A stretch of DNA of 64,000 nucleotides from a virus (lineage: Duplodnaviria; Heunggongvirae; Uroviricota; Caudoviricetes). The translations under genes were made by a program, and so were the position numbers. The notes below the pieces were generated by a model that worked only from the letters and a program-made list of their open reading frames with translations, ran no database searches and was not told the DNA's origin. Positions 17,831 to 26,425 of this stretch are shown here, piece by piece (within the stretch, counting starts at the first letter, position 1; every line of letters starts with the position of its first letter). Location: the IMG/VR virus record IMGVR_UViG_3300028832_002797; one strand, given 5' to 3'.

Positions 17831-19063
17831 TCATTCTTCAATAGTCCTTTGCACGTTAGAAGGTTCCAATTTTTTGTGTACAGCACGCTTTACAGAAACA
17901 AAGCTCTTGTCATTGCGAGAAATACACTTGATAGCCTGCATGATAGCCCCTACATCGCTTTTATAGTGTGCTGTGGCATATTCATAGCGAGAACGCTGGT
18001 CTTCAACAGCCTTCATGGTTTCACGAGCTTCAGAGACGACTACTTCAGTTAATTCTGCTACCCTTTTACGTACGCTTTCGGCGTATTCACGTAATTCCGG
18101 GAATTCTTCAGGAATATACAGAACTTCGTCGTCAATCGGCTTGTAACCCTTTGTCTTGTCGACATTGGCATGGAAGAAATCCTTTTCACAGTCGTAAGCT
18201 ACCCAGATATTCCATTCACTAAGGCATTCGAGCATTTTCGCAAGCTGGCACCATTCATCAGACTTTACCTTAATCTTGAAACCGTGTTCCGGGAAAGTGA
18301 TAACGTAACCTTCCTGGTTTGACGGAAGCTTGGTTGCGATATTTCGAGCTTCATTGAAAGTATCGAATTCGTAAATCTCCGCCATCTTGATTCCCCAAGC
18401 ATTAGCATAGACACGAAGTCCGGTAATGTGTTCTTCTTCGCCAGTTTCATTATCGATAACGGCGAGCAGCACAAGGCCTTCGAAGTCATAACGGATCGGA
18501 TGGAAATCCTCGTTATAAACGATTTCGAACAGGTAGGTCTTCTTCGGGTTCAAGAGTTCCTTTTTGATATGCTGGTCAAACCAACGCTGTCCCCAGATTG
18601 CCTGGTCAGAATCGAAAGAACCGCCGGTTTTCAACTGCCAATGTTTCAGATACGGATTCCAGAATACGATACCCAAAGACCCGTCAACCTTTTCCATAGT
18701 ATGGAAACGAATAGACTTCAGAATCTTTCGGATGTCAATCTTCTTCTGGTACTTCATGACCTTCTTTGCGAGTTCCGTCAGTTCGCCAGTCTCGCTGTCA
18801 ATCAGTTCACCGTAGTTGAAGAACTTATCGAACGGACGAGCTACGATTTCGCCGGTTTCAGAATCGAAAACGATACCACGGGAGGTGAGAGTAATCTCAT
18901 CCCAATCCGAAGTATATACTGTTTCTCGAGTATACTTGAAACCAACGAGCTTACCGTACCAGTGAGCTGTGATTCGTCCTTTTTCTGCCGCCTTCAAATA
19001 CTTACGAAGCTTGTACTTCTTCTGTATTTTCCTTAGCAGGTTCTTCAACTTTTCCGTTATCAT
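17831..19063 (-). CDS. rnlA: ATP-dependent RNA ligase, T4 Rnl1 (RnlA) family
   Basis: Nucleotidyltransferase motif I TMEKVDGSLG. Segments RGIVFDSETGEIVARPFDKFFN, FEIVYNE...LLAVIDNETGEE and EGYVITFPEHGFKIKVKSDEW are collinear with T4 Rnl1. Confidence 0.85.
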   Translation of the reverse strand: MITEKLKNLLRKIQKKYKLRKYLKAAEKGRITAHWYGKLVGFKYTRETVYTSDWDEITLTSRGIVFDSETGEIVARPFDKFFNYGELIDSETGELTELAKKVMKYQKKIDIRKILKSIRFHTMEKVDGSLGIVFWNPYLKHWQLKTGGSFDSDQAIWGQRWFDQHIKKELLNPKKTYLFEIVYNEDFHPIRYDFEGLVLLAVIDNETGEEEHITGLRVYANAWGIKMAEIYEFDTFNEARNIATKLPSNQEGYVITFPEHGFKIKVKSDEWCQLAKMLECLSEWNIWVAYDCEKDFFHANVDKTKGYKPIDDEVLYIPEEFPELREYAESVRKRVAELTEVVVSEARETMKAVEDQRSRYEYATAHYKSDVGAIMQAIKCISRNDKSFVSVKRAVHKKLEPSNVQRTIEE

Positions 19064-19277
19064 CTTTTTCTACCTTTTTCTTTGCACCGACCTTATGGGT
19101 CTTGTCAAGTTCCACATGTTCGATTTTACAACCAGCTTCATATCTTTCCTTAATGAAGCTTTCAAGTTCACCACGAACTTCAGTTTCCGTTTCACCGTAA
19201 CGCTTGAAAATAAGCGGTCCGGGAAGTCCATCGATAAAAACAATACACTTATAACGTTCTTTCATTACTTTTCCCAC
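19002..19277 (-). CDS. hypothetical small protein (91 aa)
   Basis: ORF track. Overlaps the rnlA start by about 60 nt in another frame. Confidence 0.3.
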   Translation of the reverse strand: MGKVMKERYKCIVFIDGLPGPLIFKRYGETETEVRGELESFIKERYEAGCKIEHVELDKTHKVGAKKKVEKDDNGKVEEPAKENTEEVQAS

Positions 19278-19933
19278 ATGGCATCGATTTTGACTAGTTC
19301 ATCAATGCTTACGGGACGATACCATGCTTCCCAGCTAACATTGTTTTCAATCAACCGCATATCGTCCTGGTCAATAACACTGGTTTTATTGAATTCGTGT
19401 GTATGACCATGCACGACATAATCGATTTGACGACCTTCGTTGAGGTACTGGTTCAGAGCCGTAGGATCTCCAGAAGTACCATCATGTTCGTTAAGTGTTT
19501 TATCGTAGTTAAAATGCTGGAACAGGTAATTCTTACCGTTATATGTCAAGAAAATATTGTCCTTTACCATTGTGATGTTCGGGAACATAGTGTCCTTGAC
19601 TGGATAGAGCTTCTTGAACAACTGATAGTCATGATTTCCACGAATCATATACATGTGCTTGAAATTCAACTTATTCGTGTAATAGTCACCGAAAACTTCG
19701 AGCAACTTGCTACCAGGAGTACCAAGAGTAAAGTCACCGAGAAAGATAACGGTATCATTCGGTGAAACGGTCGCATTCCACTGCTTAACAATGTCATCGT
19801 TCATTTCGTCGACGGTCACATACTTACGGGTACGGTCGAAATGATCTTCATAACTGGTACAAAGCTTTCGATGGTTAACGTGCAAGTCGCTGACGACAAA
19901 AATCTTTTCTGTATTAGGTAATTGTAAATCCAT
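19265..19933 (-). CDS. Calcineurin-like metallophosphoesterase
   Basis: Motifs VSDLHVNH, GDFTLG, GNHD and HGHTHE (DxH...GDxxD...GNH[DE]...GHxH). Start moved to ATG 19931-19933, because the track start lies inside the terminator hairpin. Confidence 0.65.
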   Translation of the reverse strand: MDLQLPNTEKIFVVSDLHVNHRKLCTSYEDHFDRTRKYVTVDEMNDDIVKQWNATVSPNDTVIFLGDFTLGTPGSKLLEVFGDYYTNKLNFKHMYMIRGNHDYQLFKKLYPVKDTMFPNITMVKDNIFLTYNGKNYLFQHFNYDKTLNEHDGTSGDPTALNQYLNEGRQIDYVVHGHTHEFNKTSVIDQDDMRLIENNVSWEAWYRPVSIDELVKIDAMWEK

Positions 19934-19953
19934 ATTGCAAATATAATAAAAAT

Positions 19954-19980
19954 AAGGCATTTTGTAAATGCCTTATTTTT
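19954..19980 (-). terminator. Hairpin aaggcatt-ttgtaa-atgcctt plus T-run
   Basis: Follows the stop of the small membrane ORF 19973..20143. Confidence 0.45.
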
Positions 19981-20143
19981 TACTCCTGAACTTCGGCCAG
20001 TTATAACAGATTAGTATCAGAAACAGTGTTTCAAGAATTACGTAAACCATTGAAAACTGTAATTGTAACAACTTACAGAAAATGAACATTGTTACAAGTA
20101 CCGATAAAAATGTGTTAATAACGAATAATGCGAATTTTTCCAT
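19973..20143 (-). CDS. small hydrophobic membrane protein (about 56 aa; MEKFALFVINTFLSVLVTMFIF...), below the ORF-track size cut-off
   Basis: Manual reverse-complement translation of the otherwise ORF-free 19961-20146 interval. Two predicted TM helices. Confidence 0.3.
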   Translation of the reverse strand: MEKFALFVINTFLSVLVTMFIFCKLLQLQFSMVYVILETLFLILICYNWPKFRSKK

Positions 20144-20146
20144 GCT

Positions 20147-21262
20147 TTATTTATTAAGGTAATCTTCAATAATCTGCTCGTGATGGAAACCCATCTTCGG
20201 GAGGTCATTAACATCGAACCATGCAGCATCCTTGGCGTCGTCACCGGCCTTTGCGAGCTTCTTTTCCTTGCCAGATACCTTCACAGACACTGCTGTATCG
20301 ATAATACGCAAGCGTGGGTCAAACATGTGGCTGTAGGTCTTAATCTGCTCAAACTTTTCAACCGGAAGGTCCAGGGACGTTTCTTCGCGGAATTCACGTT
20401 GTGCTGCATGTTCCAAAGAAGCATCTGCTTTTTCTGGAAGTCCGGTTTCCTTATTAGTATAGTCGGTCGGATTAAAAAAACCACCGGGTGTGCAGAAGTA
20501 GTTCATGTAAGGCGGTTTCTTACGACGAATCAACAGAACTTGGTCACTGGAAATACCGACAATATCGACAGTATTTGCAAACTTGCCCCAGCCTTGCTTC
20601 TTGTAGTTTTCAAGCCACTGCTTTTCGAGTTCTTCGTAATTGGACGGGTTCTGGTCATAAAGGCTGTTAGTCTTGATAGGCATATCGCGGTCATCAGTCA
20701 GTTCGCCTTCTTTACGGATATATTCGAAAACCGGCTTGCTGATAATATGCTTAACGTCCTTATAGTGACATTCGGGATTTCTGTAGAAAATATCACGAGC
20801 TTCGCTGCTGGAAATATCGCCCTTGAGATTTAAATTAACAATAGTACAATTATCACGTTTTTCAATATCAGTAATGATATGGAAACAACGAGGACAGACT
20901 ATAAACTTATAATTCTTCAAGAGACGGTCGCTAAACTTCCATTTTCCTGTAAGCAGAGAATTCCATTCGTCTTCACCGACAACGATAGTAATATCCTTAT
21001 CTTCGGTTCCGAACTTGGAAGTAATGAATTCATAAGTTCTGTTATTCTGGATAAGAATAGTCGGATTCAGCTTACGTGCCTTCATCGCGACTTCAACCAT
21101 AGCGACACGTTCATTCACTGGCGTCTTGTAATTCTTTTCATCTGTATTGGAAACGATGACATAAAGTTCATCGCCTTTACGAACCTTCTTGCTCACAGCC
21201 TTGATAATAGCTTCATGAGCGTGTGTAATCGGATCAAATGCACCACCAATCAAATACTTCAT
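20147..21262 (-). CDS. natV: Bifunctional NMN adenylyltransferase / Nudix hydrolase (NatV/NadM-Nudix-like NAD salvage enzyme)
   Basis: N-terminal GGAFDPITHAHEA (HxGH nucleotidyltransferase motif). C-terminal Nudix box GGFFNPT...EHAAQREFREETSL. Start moved to ATG 21260-21262, preceded by GGGAGA. Confidence 0.75.
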   Translation of the reverse strand: MKYLIGGAFDPITHAHEAIIKAVSKKVRKGDELYVIVSNTDEKNYKTPVNERVAMVEVAMKARKLNPTILIQNNRTYEFITSKFGTEDKDITIVVGEDEWNSLLTGKWKFSDRLLKNYKFIVCPRCFHIITDIEKRDNCTIVNLNLKGDISSSEARDIFYRNPECHYKDVKHIISKPVFEYIRKEGELTDDRDMPIKTNSLYDQNPSNYEELEKQWLENYKKQGWGKFANTVDIVGISSDQVLLIRRKKPPYMNYFCTPGGFFNPTDYTNKETGLPEKADASLEHAAQREFREETSLDLPVEKFEQIKTYSHMFDPRLRIIDTAVSVKVSGKEKKLAKAGDDAKDAAWFDVNDLPKMGFHHEQIIEDYLNK

Positions 21263-21263
21263 A

Positions 21264-21632
21264 TTATCTCCCGTAATAATTTCCACAATGAGTTTCGACA
21301 TCACCCATGACATCGCCCTTAACTGTAATGTTTCCGGCTTTTGTTTCTACATCGCCCATAACATCACCGCCAATTTCAACATTGCCAGCTGAACATTCAA
21401 CATCACCGTCGACATCACCCTTTACAGTAATATTATGTCCTTTACAGGTACTGATAATGTCGCCATTAACGGTAATGTTGATAATCTTATCAGTTACTTC
21501 AATGGTCTTGGTACCGATAGTGATATTGTTACCATTGATACTAACATCACCAACAGGGTTATGAATTTTATGGCCATTAATTTCGATGCTCTTTACACCG
21601 CCGAGACCTTTAAGAATATTCTCTTCAGACAT
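21264..21632 (-). CDS. bactofilin-like beta-helical repeat protein (GDV.G.V repeats)
   Basis: Tandem GxVxGDV repeats (NITVKGDVDGDVECSAGNVEIGGDVMGDVETKAGNITVKGDVMGDVE). SD aaggaa upstream. Confidence 0.4.
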   Translation of the reverse strand: MSEENILKGLGGVKSIEINGHKIHNPVGDVSINGNNITIGTKTIEVTDKIINITVNGDIISTCKGHNITVKGDVDGDVECSAGNVEIGGDVMGDVETKAGNITVKGDVMGDVETHCGNYYGR

Positions 21633-21667
21633 AGCTGTTCCTTATGTTTTTACGAAATATAGTAAAA

Positions 21668-21690
21668 AGAAAGGGCTTTGTAAGCCCTTA
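21668..21690 (-). terminator. Hairpin aagggc-tttgtaa-gccctt plus T-run, adjacent to a promoter box
   Basis: Downstream of the 21693..21965 stop. Confidence 0.45.
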
Positions 21691-21692
21691 AA

Positions 21693-21965
21693 TTATTTTA
21701 CTGTATAAGTTTGTCCTTCGTACTCAATCGTTCGCTCATGTTTCGGGTTCTTGACTTCTTTAGGATCCATCTTGAGCGAAAATCCGCTTGTCGTTTCAGG
21801 AACAATCTTTCGACTGTCATCTGCATATCCGAAGCACGGTCCTGTTCCAGCAGTGTCGGCATTAGTATGCATATCTTTAATGACAATACATGAAATACCG
21901 AAAACAAATGCGAGAATCAATAAGATGCACCAATGTTTTTCTCTTGAAGAATTCCACATTTCCAT
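21693..21965 (-). CDS. small membrane-anchored protein (90 aa)
   Basis: One N-terminal TM helix. Confidence 0.4.
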   Translation of the reverse strand: MEMWNSSREKHWCILLILAFVFGISCIVIKDMHTNADTAGTGPCFGYADDSRKIVPETTSGFSLKMDPKEVKNPKHERTIEYEGQTYTVK

Positions 21966-21969
21966 TGTA

Positions 21970-22383
21970 TTACCTCTTCTTTATAAATTTTTCGTAATCA
22001 GAAAGTACGCTTGCTTTATATTTTTCCTTTTCAGCATTATAAATCAGGATTTTTGTATAAAGCCATTTAACTATGCTAAACGGTAACTTCAAAATTATCA
22101 AACATAATTTGAAGAAGTTATACACAACAGCCATGCCGGTAATTCCTTCGAGTAGCTGCACAATCATCATGACAACACCCGTATTTACATAACACCATGT
22201 CAGATAGCAGAAGAATGAATGTTCATGTAAATAACAGTTTCGCTGAGCACAAATAATCGTATGCTGTTCAAGGTGCATACAGATACATGTTGCCGCAATA
22301 GTGATGATTATTGCTGGAAGCCAGTCATACAGGAATATGTCCAACACATCATCATTGTCATCATCTTTATAATCCCAATACAT
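21970..22383 (-). CDS. polytopic membrane protein (137 aa)
   Basis: Multiple hydrophobic helices. Confidence 0.4.
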   Translation of the reverse strand: MYWDYKDDDNDDVLDIFLYDWLPAIIITIAATCICMHLEQHTIICAQRNCYLHEHSFFCYLTWCYVNTGVVMMIVQLLEGITGMAVVYNFFKLCLIILKLPFSIVKWLYTKILIYNAEKEKYKASVLSDYEKFIKKR

Positions 22384-22385
22384 TC

Positions 22386-22706
22386 TTATCCCTTATATTT
22401 GAAGTAAGTTCTGAATAACCACGGAGCCTTTCTAATCTGATTTGTCAGCTCTTCAATAGCACGATATGTAAAGACTTCTCTATTTCCGTCATCGATTTTT
22501 ACGGTATCGCCGTAATAAAGCTCATTGAACAGTTTAACAAATTCGTCATTAGAAAGATACTTCTGACGGTCATGAATTTCTACAAGTTTTTCCCGGACAG
22601 ACTTTGCATTGTCTGTAACGACAGCATTTGCTGCACAGTATTGGGAAGTAAACACACCGATAACGACACCGACCAAAGTGCTGAGGATTATTGCCAGAAT
22701 TACCAT
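22386..22706 (-). CDS. membrane-anchored protein (106 aa)
   Basis: N-terminal TM helix. Confidence 0.4.
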   Translation of the reverse strand: MVILAIILSTLVGVVIGVFTSQYCAANAVVTDNAKSVREKLVEIHDRQKYLSNDEFVKLFNELYYGDTVKIDDGNREVFTYRAIEELTNQIRKAPWLFRTYFKYKG

Positions 22707-22709
22707 GAT

Positions 22710-23270
22710 TTACCCCTTGAGCAAAGTAGCATGACGGGAAGCCGTAACAGTTGTAAGTTCGATACCAGTATCGTCAAAAATACTGAGCTTCATAGCACTG
22801 AAAGAAACTGTAAAGTACGGATTCTGACTCGGCGCTTCAATCGTCAAATCCAGAGCACTAATGCCAGTAACCTTGACCTTTTCATAAACATAAGAACCAT
22901 AAGGAATACTCGGATTCAGCTTGAACTGGTCGACAACAAGCTTGTCAAGCATATAACCATTCTTCAAAGCGTCAATCCAGAAAGCATAATCGACGATGTT
23001 TGCTGCCTTGAAAACAATCGAGAAACAAAGATTAGCTGAATCTGTGAATTCACGCATAGCATCAGATTCACCCTTCGTATTTGCCGCCATCGGAGCACCG
23101 TCTACACGATTAACACGACCGCTAAGATGTTCACTCCAAGCATTAATCAAAGTCTTGTTAGCGATATACTTGGAATTCGTATTTTCACCGAATTCAAAAC
23201 GAAGTTTCATTCCATATCCGTAGTCACGGGTAGCAGTTTCTTTTTGAGGGTAGATTTGCTGGTTATTCAT
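22710..23270 (-). CDS. hypothetical protein (186 aa)
   Basis: ORF track. Confidence 0.4.
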   Translation of the reverse strand: MNNQQIYPQKETATRDYGYGMKLRFEFGENTNSKYIANKTLINAWSEHLSGRVNRVDGAPMAANTKGESDAMREFTDSANLCFSIVFKAANIVDYAFWIDALKNGYMLDKLVVDQFKLNPSIPYGSYVYEKVKVTGISALDLTIEAPSQNPYFTVSFSAMKLSIFDDTGIELTTVTASRHATLLKG

Positions 23271-23335
23271 GGTAGTTCCTTTTGTTTATGTGTATAATAT
23301 AGTAAATTTACTTATAAATGTCAACCCAAAAAATA

Positions 23336-23360
23336 AAAGGCCGACTTACGTCGACCTTTT
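23336..23360 (-). terminator. Hairpin aaggccgac-ttac-gtcgacctt with T-runs
   Basis: Downstream of the stop of 23392..25308. Confidence 0.5.
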
Positions 23361-23391
23361 ACCCCTCACACATCCGAATTATCCACACTCC

Positions 23392-25308
23392 TTACTTATC
23401 TGCTTCGGAGAACAGATTAATAAGCGTGTCCTTGCTCAACTGAGTCAAGTCAAGAGCAACTTCAGTCTCAGTATCGGAATCTTCGACAAATGTAAAGCCT
23501 GCTCTTTCGAGAATCGGCTTCAGGTCGACGAACGAACGACACTTGTTCTTGAGGTTCTCAATATACACGTCTGCATATTCTTGACTCGGGACACGTCCTC
23601 CTCCCTGGGTAAGGTCCATGAGATAGACTTTGTTGTCCACGATCAATGCACACTGCTTGTCGCGTTCGTTATCCACCGGAACGATGAATTCAGCGACAAC
23701 ATTGTTCGGGTCAACCTTTGCACTTACCCTGTATGCGTCCTTCTTCTTTTTCTCTTGACGAGCGACGAAGAACTTAAACTGGGACTTTGCGGAACCATTG
23801 TACTGACTTACGGAAATCTTTCCATCCGGGCACTTGCAGTCGATGTAGAACAATTCTGTTGCTTCAGGGTCTGCATTGGTCATGTCGCCAGAGAAAATAA
23901 TCTTATTTTCACGGTCAGTGAATGATGCGTTCCAGCCGTAGCTACTACCGTTAATATCGGCCATGTGAAGGTCGAAATCACGAGTACCCCATTCATTACG
24001 CCAATAGATACCGACGATATTGTGATCGTCAGCCATATTGACAGAGGTACCGAACGGATAGTTACCGATGAAGTTTTTTTCTGACGTTGGGACGGTCAGA
24101 TTGATATTCAACGGATAACGAACAGTACATGCCTTATCCTTGATGGAATTGACAATGGAATCTTCGAGCATTCCATAAAGTACCATCAGGTAGGAATTCA
24201 TGGACTGGCTTGTAGCCGGAGTGTCCTTGCGGATCCACATCTTGCCGTTACGAATCACGTACATCTTGCCACGAGCATTCTGGAGCTTGGCAAGAATACC
24301 TTGCATGAGAGTAATCTTCTTGAAGTTGGTGATTTCACCCTTTTCAAGACGAGCACGTACATCGTCCAGCTTCTTCTGTTCAGAAAGTACGGTTTCCCAG
24401 AAACCGGCAGTGAACGGCTTATGGTCAGTAACAGCCAAACGACGGATATGGTTAATAACCGATGAATTCGACTTCTTGCCAACAACAGCGGCCTTAAGCT
24501 TTGCTGCAGCCTTTCTGAAAGCTTCATTCTTGAAAACAGACGACTTACCAGCGTCCTTCTGGTTCTTGAATGCCAAGAACAGAGGCTTGAAGCGGTAGAA
24601 AATTGAAGCGAGTGCATGACACTGCTCTTCCGACAGCTTAGTAAAGTCGACGCTTTCAGCCTTTTCCTTAATCATGCGGATAGTCTTCTTGTCCTTGATG
24701 AGCATAGCTGCACCAGTAGCCTTGAAGACGAAGTATCGAAGCATGTTAAACGGATCCTTACCGTAGAAACCGGTTGCATCCATCAGGGCGATAGTTGCTT
24801 CCTTATTCTTGATGGTATCAATATCGAGACCATAGGTCTTGAAACGCTTCTGTTCGGTAATGAAGCCAACAAGTGCGTTAATGGTTTCGGTTTCAAGAGC
24901 GATACCAGCCTGGAGCATCTTAACACAACGGTTATAGATTTCCTCATCAGTTGCCGGCATAATCACCTTGAAAGAGTCGTACGGGATTTCAACGTCCGGA
25001 GCATTGTTCGGAACGTATGTTTCACCCGTATAATCAGTTCCGTAGGTCGAGGCGTAATGAAGAAGTTGATCTACCAACAGTTCAAAACGCGTCTTAGACG
25101 TGATGTCGGACCATTTGGCGTAGAAGGTCTTATTGTAATTTGTCTTCGCTTCAGCCTTGACCCAATCGAGTGCGAGCTTGGAGCAACAATCCGGGTGGAT
25201 AATCCAACCGTACTTTGCAGATTCAGCGTTAACATCTTCAAAAGAACGCTTTGAGTTACCTTCTGCCTTAGGCATGACATTGAACATTGTAATCAACTTA
25301 AGATTCAT
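23392..25308 (-). CDS. large hypothetical protein (638 aa)
   Basis: Long uninterrupted ORF with verified ATG. No motif recognised by eye. Confidence 0.5.
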   Translation of the reverse strand: MNLKLITMFNVMPKAEGNSKRSFEDVNAESAKYGWIIHPDCCSKLALDWVKAEAKTNYNKTFYAKWSDITSKTRFELLVDQLLHYASTYGTDYTGETYVPNNAPDVEIPYDSFKVIMPATDEEIYNRCVKMLQAGIALETETINALVGFITEQKRFKTYGLDIDTIKNKEATIALMDATGFYGKDPFNMLRYFVFKATGAAMLIKDKKTIRMIKEKAESVDFTKLSEEQCHALASIFYRFKPLFLAFKNQKDAGKSSVFKNEAFRKAAAKLKAAVVGKKSNSSVINHIRRLAVTDHKPFTAGFWETVLSEQKKLDDVRARLEKGEITNFKKITLMQGILAKLQNARGKMYVIRNGKMWIRKDTPATSQSMNSYLMVLYGMLEDSIVNSIKDKACTVRYPLNINLTVPTSEKNFIGNYPFGTSVNMADDHNIVGIYWRNEWGTRDFDLHMADINGSSYGWNASFTDRENKIIFSGDMTNADPEATELFYIDCKCPDGKISVSQYNGSAKSQFKFFVARQEKKKKDAYRVSAKVDPNNVVAEFIVPVDNERDKQCALIVDNKVYLMDLTQGGGRVPSQEYADVYIENLKNKCRSFVDLKPILERAGFTFVEDSDTETEVALDLTQLSKDTLINLFSEADK

Positions 25309-25612
25309 AGTATTTCCTCATTAAAAGTGTTAAAGCGAGAAGTAGTATTTATTTGCCTAAATTATTATAGGAACATCTTTTGCTTTAACGGGTTAAAATA
25401 TAGTAATTATTGTGGGTTTTGTAAACCCCTATTTTTTATTTTTTTTTTCCTTGGATGCTTTCTTCTTCAAGGAGTTTTCTGTTTCCAACGTACTTCCCAT
25501 AAAAACTTACCGCTCGGATCGTGTTAGAATAGTTTAGGGATTGAGTTCTGTTTGACGATAAACAACCCGAACGGTCTGTATAATATAGCAAGTGCTTTGT
25601 CTGTTGTAAACC

Positions 25613-26329
25613 CTAATTATAAATAAAATTTTTAATAGATTCAAAAACAATATCTTTATTATTAGTATAATCGTATTCCCAGATTATAAGAAGCTTTATA
25701 TTTTTAGATTCACATAATATTCGTTTTTCATTATCTCGATTCCATAATTCTTGTGCTATTTTACGAGGTTGTATTAAAAAATCATTCGCTTTATAAAAAC
25801 GTGGGTCTGCATGCCATACAGTACCATTATATTCAATGGCTTTATTTAAATTTGGTAAATATATATCTAATTCTTTATTCCCAATAACAAATCTTTCATT
25901 TTGTAAAATTTTATCATTATAAAATGTTTTTATAAATTCACAAATTTCATCTTCAGCTCTAGAACGCATTAATGTATTGTTTAATCTCATAGTATTAAAC
26001 CGTTTTTCTTGCACTTCTGGATTTTGCGATGAATTCTTATATCCCGTCTTTTCAAAATACGTCTTTATATAAGTATTATATCGTTGTTTATTTGCTATTG
26101 GATCTGCAGAACTACAGGAATAATTACAATGCTTTTTATATCCTCGACCAAATTTAATAAATTTAGTCTCTTTACCACAAGTTGGACATATACCTTCACC
26201 GGGTTTTCTTATAAATTTATCGTAATATTCTTTTGAAGTTAACCCATGCTTTTTAAAAGCATGAGATGTTAATCCTTGTGTATCAACACATTCTTTGCCA
26301 CATATCTGACAAATCATACTATACCTCAT
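25613..26329 (-). CDS. Zinc-finger protein fused to DUF559/Vsr-like PD-(D/E)xK endonuclease domain (candidate free-standing homing-type nuclease)
   Basis: N-terminal CxxC/C2H2-like motifs (CQICGK...HAFKKH; CPTCGK). C-terminal ELDIYLPNLNKAIEYNGTVWH matches the DUF559 core (D-[FI]Y-P...AIE-x-[DN]G..H). The gene is AT-rich. Confidence 0.55.
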   Translation of the reverse strand: MRYSMICQICGKECVDTQGLTSHAFKKHGLTSKEYYDKFIRKPGEGICPTCGKETKFIKFGRGYKKHCNYSCSSADPIANKQRYNTYIKTYFEKTGYKNSSQNPEVQEKRFNTMRLNNTLMRSRAEDEICEFIKTFYNDKILQNERFVIGNKELDIYLPNLNKAIEYNGTVWHADPRFYKANDFLIQPRKIAQELWNRDNEKRILCESKNIKLLIIWEYDYTNNKDIVFESIKNFIYN

Positions 26330-26377
26330 TTAATTTTAAAAGATTGCAGTCTTTTATACTATTTATAATAAAAAAAT

Positions 26378-26401
26378 GGGAATACTCTGCAAAGTATTCC
26401 C
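26378..26401 (-). terminator. Hairpin gggaatact-ctgcaa-agtattccc plus T-run downstream of the patatin gene
   Basis: 9-bp stem. Confidence 0.5.
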
Positions 26402-26425
26402 TAATGCTATGAGGTATAGCATGTT

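Noticed and set aside
19933-19960. ORF-track start of the phosphoesterase at 19960
   Set aside because: That ATG lies inside the terminator hairpin aaggcatt...atgcctt. The downstream ATG at 19931-19933 preserves all catalytic motifs.
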